A stretch of DNA of 43,978 nt from a virus: IMG/VR virus record IMGVR_UViG_3300021387_000103, positions 1 to 43,978 of that record, one strand, 5' to 3'. The notes under the pieces are model-generated. The model made no database searches. It was not told the DNA's origin and saw only the letters and a program-made list of their open reading frames with translations. This document shows, one piece after another, positions 14,547 to 21,835 of this stretch (position 1 is the first letter of the stretch; every line of letters starts with the position of its first letter). The translations under genes were made by a program, and so were the position numbers.

Positions 14547-14562
14547 AAAAATATGTTACTTT

Positions 14563-15471
14563 CTATTCGAATTTTATGTAATCCGCAATGTTGATACCCT
14601 GTTCATGCATCCGGCGGAATGTTTCTTTCAAAGCCTTTTGCCGCGCCAAAATGAACGCATCGTGTTTGAGTTCCGGAGCATCCGGGCCAATCTTTTCCAA
14701 TCGACGGGCATTGCCAATGTAACCGCGTTGCGCCATGTCATAAATCGTCCGATATAACACACTTTTTTGTTCATCCGGAGTTATGACAATTTCCGGGGCC
14801 AACCCAGCATCCGAAAGAACCCCGTAATACAACAATTCGGCGATTGGCGATAATTCCGGGAAAACGCCGGTTGCCTTGTATTCCTCAAACGAACGAATGA
14901 CATTGTGCCGGGTTTCGTTCAAATAACGTTGTTGGCTTTCCGTATCGGGCTTTGGTTCAACCTTTGGCATCGCTTCGTTCGCTTTCTTGAATACCCAGCC
15001 CCGGCGGCCCTTATACGCATTCAGTATCTTGCAAACATATTCGGCGTTGAATTGCTGATAATGGTTTTTGTCCGGCTGGCCATCGCGCCCACGTGGCAAG
15101 AAATCATCAAGTTCGCCCGTTATGCTCATTTCGAATGCCATTCGGAAATCCTTTAATGTCAAATTGGCATAATAGCGTTTCAAGATTTCAGCAACCCGGA
15201 TAACCAAATATTGCCGGTCGCTTTCATCCGTCGTCCTATATCCGACGTCTTTGCATATCCATTTCAACGCCGTTCCAAGTTCGGCCGCCAATTCCGTCGG
15301 CGAATATTCGGCAATGATCTTGGCCGTGGATGCAAGGAATACGGCACGTTCGACCGGCCCCAATGCATCCATAACGGCGGGAATCTTGACCATTTCCCGG
15401 CGTTTTACGACGCCCGTTTCAACCGATGGTTTGCGGGCTGGTGAAATAATCATTTGTTTATCCTGTTCCAT
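14563..15471 (-). CDS. hypothetical protein (302 aa), possibly replication-associated by position
   Basis: Directly downstream of the winged-helix initiator-like gene. No motif recognised. Confidence 0.6.
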   Translation of the reverse strand: MEQDKQMIISPARKPSVETGVVKRREMVKIPAVMDALGPVERAVFLASTAKIIAEYSPTELAAELGTALKWICKDVGYRTTDESDRQYLVIRVAEILKRYYANLTLKDFRMAFEMSITGELDDFLPRGRDGQPDKNHYQQFNAEYVCKILNAYKGRRGWVFKKANEAMPKVEPKPDTESQQRYLNETRHNVIRSFEEYKATGVFPELSPIAELLYYGVLSDAGLAPEIVITPDEQKSVLYRTIYDMAQRGYIGNARRLEKIGPDAPELKHDAFILARQKALKETFRRMHEQGINIADYIKFE

Positions 15472-15474
15472 TGG

Positions 15475-16230
15475 TTAATCCGCCATGTCTTGCAAATATT
15501 TGATTGCATCCGGGGATAATCCCGGGCCGGCCGGGCTTTTCCGGTGCAACTTTCCTTTTTCCATGTCGCCACGAATGAAATTCCGGGCCGTTGCGATCCA
15601 ATCTTTCATTTTCTTGCCCTTTTGGGCCGACCAATCCGCAACGGCATGGTAATAATAAACCATATCCACGTCGGCGAATTCCGGGGCCGTGAATTGGGCG
15701 GCGAATGCGTCATATTCAGCAAACCGGGAATTTTCGAACAGACACGCGGCCGGTTCGGTTGTCCGACGCGGCCGGACAACTGTAATTGATTCAAACGATG
15801 GATCAGAAGGGAACAAACCGCCGTCGGCGGCTTTATCATTATCAATAGTTTTATCTTTAGTATTATCTTTATTCGTTGCTATTTCAGCAACGCCCCCGTT
15901 GCTATTTTGATACACCCCCGTTGCTATTTCAGCAACGCTATGTCTGTTTGCGACATAATGGCAAAATTTCACACCGGAAAAGAACATTTCGCGTTTATCA
16001 ATCAATCCACGGTCAATCAATCGGTCAATTATCTTTTTGGCATTTTGCTTTGTCACATTCAAGGCCGATGCAACATAATTCAAGGAACCCCGGAATTCGG
16101 TTTCATCGTCTTGCGTAAAACCATATATTAACGAATAACACAACAGTTCATTTCCGGATAACCCAAGTTCGACAATGGCAAATCCCGGTACGGTTATGTA
16201 ATTTTCAATCTTGAATTTTCGCGCTTCCAT
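15475..16230 (-). CDS. putative replication initiator / replisome organiser (N-terminal winged helix)
   Basis: N-terminal wHTH-like LSGNELLCYSLIYGF...GSLNYVASALNVTKQNAKKIIDRLIDRGLI. Iteron-like repeats and an AT-rich tract lie inside the gene. Confidence 0.55.
   Translation of the reverse strand: MEARKFKIENYITVPGFAIVELGLSGNELLCYSLIYGFTQDDETEFRGSLNYVASALNVTKQNAKKIIDRLIDRGLIDKREMFFSGVKFCHYVANRHSVAEIATGVYQNSNGGVAEIATNKDNTKDKTIDNDKAADGGLFPSDPSFESITVVRPRRTTEPAACLFENSRFAEYDAFAAQFTAPEFADVDMVYYYHAVADWSAQKGKKMKDWIATARNFIRGDMEKGKLHRKSPAGPGLSPDAIKYLQDMAD
15841..15940. repeat. candidate origin: AT-rich tract (15841..15873) plus three GTTGCTATTT iterons (15875, 15898, 15920), two within the 17-bp palindrome GTTGCTATTTCAGCAAC
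   Basis: Spacing is 23 and 22 bp. Copies 2 and 3 are preceded by CCCCC. Confidence 0.5.
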
Positions 16231-16273
16231 TATAGTTCAATTCCAAAATATTCTTCCAACACCTTTTTCGGAT

Positions 16274-17059
16274 TTATCGCATTTCCGGGAATAACCCGCC
16301 CGTTATTGCCGCCATATAATCGTCATTACTTCGGCAAAATAACCGATAATAAAATCCATTATATGCGGAACCATCAATCGTTTTCCAATATTTCGAATTC
16401 GTATGGTTGTCAAGATGCTTTTGATATGCCTTAATTTGCGCTTTCAACAATTTTGGGTATTCAAGGAAATCGGCCAAACCAACATCCGATTTCAACGGGC
16501 ATCCCAAACATCCCAACCGGCGTTCCACATGAAAAATCCCCTTTTCATCATAATAGAGTGGCGCGCATTTTATTTTTCGGGCCTTAATGAATTGCGCCAC
16601 ATCATCATCAGTCCATTCAAGAATCGGCAAATAAATACGGACTTTTTCGCCCTTTGAATATGTACGACAATATTCGGGTTCCTTATATCGTTGCGCCCTT
16701 TTTGTGGATTCGGACCGGCGTATTCCTTGGATTGCCCGGTCATATATCTTGTATTCCTTTAATGCCGAACAACAAAACCGCCGCCAACGGGATGGTAAAC
16801 CTTGTTTTTCAATCAAGGCATTAAACGTTATTGTAGGACGAACAATTGTAACATTGTTTTCCCGGCAATGCGCAATCGTTCCCGGCGGGTCAATAGTTGT
16901 ATTTTTGTATATGGCTTCAAAAGGAATTCCCGCCATCTTGGCAAGTTCCAAAATTATGTCGGAATCCTTGCCACCCGAATAGGATAATTCGATTGGTCCG
17001 TCTTGCGGAATGGATTGCAAGAATTTGATGGCAAAATCAATTTTACGTTGTAAATCCAT
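16274..17059 (-). CDS. PAPS reductase / PP-loop ATPase family protein
   Basis: PP-loop SYSGGKDS near the N-terminus and a C-terminal Cys cluster RRLGCLGCPL. 261 aa. Confidence 0.82.
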   Translation of the reverse strand: MDLQRKIDFAIKFLQSIPQDGPIELSYSGGKDSDIILELAKMAGIPFEAIYKNTTIDPPGTIAHCRENNVTIVRPTITFNALIEKQGLPSRWRRFCCSALKEYKIYDRAIQGIRRSESTKRAQRYKEPEYCRTYSKGEKVRIYLPILEWTDDDVAQFIKARKIKCAPLYYDEKGIFHVERRLGCLGCPLKSDVGLADFLEYPKLLKAQIKAYQKHLDNHTNSKYWKTIDGSAYNGFYYRLFCRSNDDYMAAITGGLFPEMR

Positions 17060-17064
17060 AATTC

Positions 17065-17174
17065 AAAAAAATCCCGATGTTTGGGCCACTACACACCAAA
17101 CACCGGGACATTCGCAATAATTGCGGGAATTTTCCGTTCGTTGGTAGTGGGCAACGCTATTTGATGCAAATATA
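17065..17174 (-). promoter_or_regulatory. TATATTTG box (17167..17174), ~95-nt leader, and a strong intrinsic terminator (17065..17107) ending 5 nt before the ATG at 17059
   Basis: Minus strand CCCGGTGTTTGG-tgtgtagtgg(c)-CCAAACATCGGG, a 12-bp stem with one G.U, then ATTTTTTT, gaatt, ATG. Confidence 0.65.
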
Positions 17175-17175
17175 C

Positions 17176-17907
17176 TTATTTTTTCGATTCGGGCAATAAT
17201 AGCGACAAATTTTGCGTTGGGGCCATTGCATCCCGAATTTCGGAAATTCGGTTATCATTGGCAATCAGCGAAACAACCGGATAACGGGAATTGGAACCGG
17301 GCTTGTTTGACTTGGCAAATTGCACCGACAAATCGAACACGGTTCCCGTAACTGTTCCGCGCATCCGCTTGACGCCATCGAATGATTCCCGGATGTTCCG
17401 GATTGACGACGCCTTGCCCTTTGTGCTAAATTGCCATACACCAACAATGCCCCGGACGGCTGGAATAATCACGCGCAAAGTCAACACAACATCCCAATTG
17501 TCCGCCCCGCGCTTCGTCGAATTCTTTTCGCTGATTTGCGACATAATATCCGGGTATTGCTCAACCGGATAAGGCGCGTATTTCTTGCCATCCCAAATTT
17601 CGAAAACTCGACCATCCCCCCGGGCAACCAGCGCACCAAAATTATCGCGATATTCATAACGTTCGTTGCATACCTTTTCCGGATCGTCAGAAGGGAAAAC
17701 AACTTGGATCGTGGCGGGCTTTTCGCCTAACGCCGCCGTAAACATCCCGGCATATTTCCCGGATGGGATGAAATAGTCAACCGATACCGGATATTCCTTG
17801 CCGTTTTGGCTCACTTGCTTTTTGCCGATATGCAACCGGCCAATTTCGGGTAATTCAAGGATTCCCGCGCCCTGTTCGGGCCTGTAAATTCTACCGCCCA
17901 TCTCCAA
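17176..17907 (-). CDS. hypothetical protein (243 aa); possible recombination partner of the adjacent nuclease (position only)
   Basis: ORF track. No motif recognised. Confidence 0.65.
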   Translation of the reverse strand: MEMGGRIYRPEQGAGILELPEIGRLHIGKKQVSQNGKEYPVSVDYFIPSGKYAGMFTAALGEKPATIQVVFPSDDPEKVCNERYEYRDNFGALVARGDGRVFEIWDGKKYAPYPVEQYPDIMSQISEKNSTKRGADNWDVVLTLRVIIPAVRGIVGVWQFSTKGKASSIRNIRESFDGVKRMRGTVTGTVFDLSVQFAKSNKPGSNSRYPVVSLIANDNRISEIRDAMAPTQNLSLLLPESKK

Positions 17908-18127
17908 AGATTATTTGTTTTAATTCTTCCTTTGTTCCCGCAACATTTTGTTCCGGTGTTAAAAATGCGTGTTCCCTATCAAAAGAATGATGAACCGATA
18001 TAACAAGCCGGTTTTTGTCATCAAAATACGCAACAACCTTTGTGCAAGTTATCGTTTTTTGGGTTGGACTGTTTGCTTCCATTATCCAAACGGAACCCCC
18101 CGGCATAAAATTAGTTCGAATTTCCAT
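17891..18127 (-). CDS. hypothetical protein (78 aa)
   Basis: ORF track. Confidence 0.5.
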   Translation of the reverse strand: MEIRTNFMPGGSVWIMEANSPTQKTITCTKVVAYFDDKNRLVISVHHSFDREHAFLTPEQNVAGTKEELKQIIFGDGR

Positions 18128-18128
18128 C

Positions 18129-19472
18129 TTACAATTCGATTTCGTCGTTTAACAAATTATCTTTGGCCGCCTGTTCCGGGGCCGGTTCGAAATACCGGGC
18201 CGTCACTTTCGCGCCATCGTCGGTTTTCTCAACCTCAATGCCTGTGCCGTCGGCCATATCCTTTTCCCACGGTAATTTTTCCGTAATTTCCGTTTTAACG
18301 GGCTTTTTCGGTTCGGACGGGGAATTTATCGGTTCGGCAACTTTCTTGCGATTTACGGCCCGTTTACGGCCTTTTTCGGAAACTTCCGGGGCATCATTGG
18401 AAATTCCCAATGCATTTTCGGCAATCTTGATTTCTTCCGGGGTTATTTCCGGGACGTTAGCCGCCCTTTGCGGCGCATCATCCTTGGCCGCCTTATTCTT
18501 GATCAATTCGGCCAATGATAGTGTCAAGATATTATCGGCGATCTTGCCTTTGTCAAGTTCCAGCACACCGCGAATTATTGTCAATGTGTTGTCCCTCTTT
18601 TCATCCTCAATCGTCGCAAGGGCCAACAGATATGGCAATTTCTTCGCATTGACCGAATCCGTTTGATCCTTCAAATTGTACGTGGGTTTTGTGCGCCAAT
18701 CTTTCGGGGAAAAATTGAACACACGTGCGACCGGCATATCGGGAAAATTGACATTCCACATTTCCCGGTATAAATGCAATTGCAATTCATGTTCTTCAAA
18801 AAAGCCTTTCCGACCGCTTTTGAAATCCACGATCGCCGTAAACTGTTTGCCTGTTTTCGGATCACGCATGATGCAAGGAAGATCGACGCATCCGGCATAA
18901 TGGAATTCCGGATGAACCAAACCGATTTCCACGGCCAGCGGAACAACGTTGTAATCCTTGACGAATTGTGCAAAGGCCAAAACGTCTTTCCGTACCTTTG
19001 GCAACCATTCAGAAAAGACCCGTTCGGGCAAATTGTTTTGTTCCATGTATGCCAACAGGACGCCCGGAACCGTATCGAAATCATAACGACGGTTAATTAT
19101 CAGTTGTTCAAACTGAATGTGCATGAACGTTCCATAAGCGGCGGCAAGATCGCGTTTTTCCGTCGATCCTTCCTTGCCGTTTGCAATCATCCAATCCAGC
19201 AACGCCGGCGGGGTTGGCATAACTTGTTTCAAAAGCGTTGTAACGGATGGGAAAAATACCGGGTTCCCGGCATCGTCGAACCGGTAATAATATCGGTGGC
19301 CCTCTGAATTGAGTTGATAAACGCGATAAGGCGGTTCGCGCAACGCGTCAGTATTGAAGAATACGGCCCGGATTTCCTCAATGGTCATGCCCGGGTAAAT
19401 TTCCACCTTTGCATCCTGTTCCGGTTCGGTCAAAGCGGCCAATTCCGAATAATTGTTGTTGTCCTCTTTCAT
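18129..19472 (-). CDS. PD-(D/E)XK (RecB-family) nuclease with long charged C-terminal extension
   Basis: GCVDLPC ... AIVDFKSG ... ELQLHLY (D, DxK and QxxxY motifs). Confidence 0.68.
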   Translation of the reverse strand: MKEDNNNYSELAALTEPEQDAKVEIYPGMTIEEIRAVFFNTDALREPPYRVYQLNSEGHRYYYRFDDAGNPVFFPSVTTLLKQVMPTPPALLDWMIANGKEGSTEKRDLAAAYGTFMHIQFEQLIINRRYDFDTVPGVLLAYMEQNNLPERVFSEWLPKVRKDVLAFAQFVKDYNVVPLAVEIGLVHPEFHYAGCVDLPCIMRDPKTGKQFTAIVDFKSGRKGFFEEHELQLHLYREMWNVNFPDMPVARVFNFSPKDWRTKPTYNLKDQTDSVNAKKLPYLLALATIEDEKRDNTLTIIRGVLELDKGKIADNILTLSLAELIKNKAAKDDAPQRAANVPEITPEEIKIAENALGISNDAPEVSEKGRKRAVNRKKVAEPINSPSEPKKPVKTEITEKLPWEKDMADGTGIEVEKTDDGAKVTARYFEPAPEQAAKDNLLNDEIEL

Positions 19473-19481
19473 CGTGTATCG

Positions 19482-19646
19482 CTATTTTAATTTTCGTTCT
19501 TTCACATAATCCACAATGAATGCGGCGCACATTCCGCCGGCAATGATTGCGGAAAATATTTGTGCGGTATTCCAAAAAATCGCCACAATGGCAAGAATGA
19601 AGCAAACGCCCCAAACAATAGCCCAAAACAAATTTACGTACTTCAT
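19482..19646 (-). CDS. small membrane protein, 54 aa (below track cutoff)
   Basis: Hand translation MKYVNLFWAIVWGVCFILAIVAIFWNTAQIFSAIIAGGMCAAFIVDYVKERKLK. Confidence 0.45.
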   Translation of the reverse strand: MKYVNLFWAIVWGVCFILAIVAIFWNTAQIFSAIIAGGMCAAFIVDYVKERKLK

Positions 19647-19649
19647 GGC

Positions 19650-19880
19650 TTATTCGTTTGTAATACCCAGCAAGAAATCGGCCGTGCATCCGGTCATTTC
19701 ACAAATTATGACAATCCACGCTGGATTCACCCGCGCGGTTGTTCCGTTGCACAATGCGGTCATATTGACTTGTTGCGCAACCGCCGTTGAATCGGGCCAC
19801 AAACGGGCCGCAATATCCTTTTTCAAAACTTTCTTGCCCTGTTCCTTTGCGCGGGCAATTGCCTGTTCAATTCTAATCAT
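19650..19880 (-). CDS. XRE/Cro-like helix-turn-helix transcriptional regulator
   Basis: 76 aa. HTH-like KKDIAARLWPDSTAVAQQVNMTALCNG and a C-terminal ADFLLG typical of the family. Confidence 0.65.
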   Translation of the reverse strand: MIRIEQAIARAKEQGKKVLKKDIAARLWPDSTAVAQQVNMTALCNGTTARVNPAWIVIICEMTGCTADFLLGITNE

Positions 19881-20298
19881 ATTCTTTTATTATTTTTTCG
19901 CCGCAAACATTGCAACGATATATTTCACGAATGGTTTTATACGTCGGCGGCAATTCATTTCGCCATGACTGTATTACGCGCGTTTCTTCATCATACAACG
20001 AAAGCGAACCGCCACAATGCGGGCATTCGTAATCGTCCATGACAGTCAATCGGCAAAAGGCTTTGAACACGTCGTCGGTAAGGGTTGAAAGACCTAACGT
20101 TTCACAAATAATCCGCTTTACATCTGGAATATATTGCGGCCCCATCGCCAACAATACATTCGCGCCATAAACAAATTCGGTATCTTCCAGCATCCCGGCA
20201 TTTATGAAAGCGGCACAAAGGGATTTGCCGACGAACGCGGCCGATTTCCCGCTTGCGCTACAAAGAACGTCCAAATATTTATCATTCTTAAATTGCAT
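19873..20298 (-). CDS. zinc-ribbon protein
   Basis: CPHCGG ... CNVCGE pairs near the C-terminus. 141 aa. Confidence 0.55.
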   Translation of the reverse strand: MQFKNDKYLDVLCSASGKSAAFVGKSLCAAFINAGMLEDTEFVYGANVLLAMGPQYIPDVKRIICETLGLSTLTDDVFKAFCRLTVMDDYECPHCGGSLSLYDEETRVIQSWRNELPPTYKTIREIYRCNVCGEKIIKEYD

Positions 20299-20315
20299 GG
20301 CTTGTTATATTGGTG

Positions 20316-20333
20316 GCCCCGGTTGCCCGGGGC
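20316..20333 (-). promoter_or_regulatory. intercistronic GC hairpin (GCCCCGG-GCAA-CCGGGGC), 17 nt upstream of the ATG at 20298
   Basis: Perfect 7-bp stem with a GNRA-type loop and no U-tract. Confidence 0.55.
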
Positions 20334-20341
20334 TGACTTAT

Positions 20342-20566
20342 TTATTCGATAACTAATTTTTCCATTTCCTTTGCGTCGAATGTATAACCGTGTTTCGCAA
20401 ACTCTTTGACGGCGGCCCGCTTGGCGGTTTTCGCATTCTTATAACCGTGGCCAACGCTAAACCAATATTCGCCGTCTTGCATTGCCATAACCAAAATATT
20501 AATTCCGCCATTAGGGAAGAAAGAAACGGCCTTGTGGTCGGAATTGTTGCATTTGATCGTTGCCAT
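20342..20566 (-). CDS. hypothetical protein (74 aa), first ORF after promoter P_D
   Basis: Track ORF trimmed to MATIKCNN because its N-terminal extension translates the leader hairpins. Confidence 0.5.
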   Translation of the reverse strand: MATIKCNNSDHKAVSFFPNGGINILVMAMQDGEYWFSVGHGYKNAKTAKRAAVKEFAKHGYTFDAKEMEKLVIE

Positions 20567-20586
20567 AACTTGTAAAATTTTCGTTT

Positions 20587-20659
20587 CCCGGAATCCGCCG
20601 GGCCGCTGGGTCATTCCTCAACCCGCAACAAAGATAGGTATTTTAATTTAATTACCAAA
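20587..20659 (-). promoter_or_regulatory. Promoter P_D (TTTG 20656..20659, 19-nt spacer, TATCTTTG 20629..20636) plus conserved two-hairpin leader (20587..20624)
   Basis: Minus strand TATCTTTGttgcGGGTTgaggaatGACCCagcggCCCGGcggattCCGGGaaacgaaaattttacaagttATG. Confidence 0.75.
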
Positions 20660-20697
20660 ATATTTTCCATAATTTTTATAATTTCTTTCATTAGCAC

Positions 20698-20784
20698 AAA
20701 AAAACCGCCCACATTTCACAACGCGGGCGGACAACTGAATAATCAATGACTTACTATGAACAAAGACTGATCCGAACAAATATA
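20698..20784 (-). ncRNA. candidate short transcription unit X: TATATTTG box (20777..20784), ~45 nt, terminator CCGCCC-14 nt-GGGCGG-U7 (20698..20730)
   Basis: No ORF. The terminator loop GCGTTGTGAAATGT is similar to the loop in unit Y (CTGTTGAGAAATAC). Confidence 0.35.
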
Positions 20785-20787
20785 AAG

Positions 20788-20810
20788 AAAAAACCCGGGA
20801 TTTTCCCGGG
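20788..20810 (-). terminator. intrinsic terminator after gene 20817..21230
   Basis: Minus strand CCCGGGaaaatCCCGGG followed by TTTTTT. Confidence 0.65.
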
Positions 20811-20816
20811 CTATAA

Positions 20817-21230
20817 TTATTTGTAAATTTCGTTGTTGATATGTTTATGGATCAGCGTAAAAACCGCAATAATTGCCGCTTTGTTTTCGTTGTATTCCTG
20901 TTGCGGACAATCGGCCACGAAATTTTCGAATTGTTTGTATAGGACTTGCAACTGTTCCAACGTCATTGTGTACCGTTGGCATCCTGTTTCGTCAACGATG
21001 CCGCGTTGGATTACATCTTTGCCGTCGGGCCGGGTTCCCATCTTGTAATGAACGAACGCCCGGCGGGCCAAATCAACCACGTTGTCGCCAATGTACCAAA
21101 CAAGCCCGTAAACGGATTTATACTTGGCGTTCGGCCTTTCGGATTGGATGGTTACGTTGACCGTTTCCCCGGGCTTTTTCCCGTCCGTTTCGACCTCAAC
21201 AATATAATGTTCGATTCTGTATGTTTCCAT
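20817..21230 (-). CDS. hypothetical protein (137 aa from METYRIEH; the track start at 21257 lies inside a hairpin loop)
   Basis: ORF track. The ATG at 21230 lies 15 nt after the hairpin, matching the spacing seen at other genes. Confidence 0.55.
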   Translation of the reverse strand: METYRIEHYIVEVETDGKKPGETVNVTIQSERPNAKYKSVYGLVWYIGDNVVDLARRAFVHYKMGTRPDGKDVIQRGIVDETGCQRYTMTLEQLQVLYKQFENFVADCPQQEYNENKAAIIAVFTLIHKHINNEIYK

Positions 21231-21245
21231 TGCTTTTGGATTGTT

Positions 21246-21265
21246 GGGGCCGGTCATCCGGCCCC
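21246..21265 (-). promoter_or_regulatory. perfect 8-bp GC hairpin GGGGCCGG-ATGA-CCGGCCCC
   Basis: Read directly. The ATG at 21255..21257 forms most of the 4-nt loop. Confidence 0.6.
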
Positions 21266-21272
21266 GGGTTAT

Positions 21273-21470
21273 TTACCAAAGTGTTACATCTTCGTTGTGG
21301 ATTCCGCGCACGAAACATTCGGCATAAAGGACTGTTAAATCATTGTATGCGGCTAAAATCGCGGCATCCTTGGCACGGACAAGTTGGAAATAAGTGTTGG
21401 ATAAATCGGCACAAATGTATTCGATGAAATACTTTGTGTTGGTGCGCTTGGCAAGTTCGATTGTTGACAT
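21273..21470 (-). CDS. hypothetical protein (65 aa), first ORF after promoter P_B
   Basis: The ATG lies 19 nt after leader hairpin 2. Confidence 0.5.
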   Translation of the reverse strand: MSTIELAKRTNTKYFIEYICADLSNTYFQLVRAKDAAILAAYNDLTVLYAECFVRGIHNEDVTLW

Positions 21471-21489
21471 ATCTTTATCTTTTTCTTTA

Positions 21490-21565
21490 CCGGGAACCGG
21501 CCCGGGCCGTCGGAATCATTATCGCTTCCGGGTACAAATATAGGCATTATTTTCTATTTACCAAA
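21490..21565 (-). promoter_or_regulatory. Promoter P_B (TTTG 21562..21565, 19-nt spacer, TATATTTG 21535..21542) plus two-hairpin leader (21490..21530)
   Basis: Minus strand TATATTTGtaccCGGAAgcgataatgaTTCCGacggcCCGGGccggttCCCGGtaaagaaaaagataaagatATG. Hairpin 1 differs in sequence but is a hairpin at the same position. Confidence 0.72.
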
Positions 21566-21627
21566 AGTTTTTCCTATATTTTCAAAGAAATTTGCATATT
21601 TTTAGCAAAAATCCAGCCCGAAACGGG

Positions 21628-21635
21628 TATATTTG
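21628..21635 (+). promoter_or_regulatory. plus-strand TATATTTG -7 box for the only plus-strand gene, divergent from P_B
   Basis: TATATTTGTTCGGA is identical over 14 nt to the box and start of unit X (minus strand, 20771..20784). Confidence 0.45.
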
Positions 21636-21661
21636 TTCGGAAACCCATAAAATATTGCATC

Positions 21662-21805
21662 ATGCCCGTTCGAAAAGTACAAGGCGGCTATCGTTGGGGA
21701 CAATCCGGCAAAGTCTATCCAACCAAAGAACAGGCCGAACGCCAAGGCCGCGCAATTTACGCATCCGGTTACAAGGAAAAGCCGACGCAAACCAAAAAGA
21801 AATAG
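21662..21805 (+). CDS. small basic protein (47 aa), the only plus-strand gene
   Basis: MPVRKVQGGYRWGQSGKVYPTKEQAERQGRAIYASGYKEKPTQTKKK. Has its own promoter box and a strong plus-strand terminator downstream. Confidence 0.5.
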   Translation: MPVRKVQGGYRWGQSGKVYPTKEQAERQGRAIYASGYKEKPTQTKKK

Positions 21806-21835
21806 GGAATTCCCAATAAATTACCCGAAATTCCC

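Noticed and set aside
19378-19689. Minus-strand 103-aa ORF overlapping the nuclease start and the small TM ORF
   Set aside because: It is out of frame with the well-supported 18129..19472 start region. The 54-aa TM ORF 19482..19646 explains the interval better.
20567-20614. N-terminal extensions of the first ORFs after P_D and P_C (20567..20614 and 23728..23775)
   Set aside because: The extensions are translations of the conserved leader hairpins. The internal ATGs (MATIK, MATLK) sit at the conserved 17-20 nt distance after hairpin 2.
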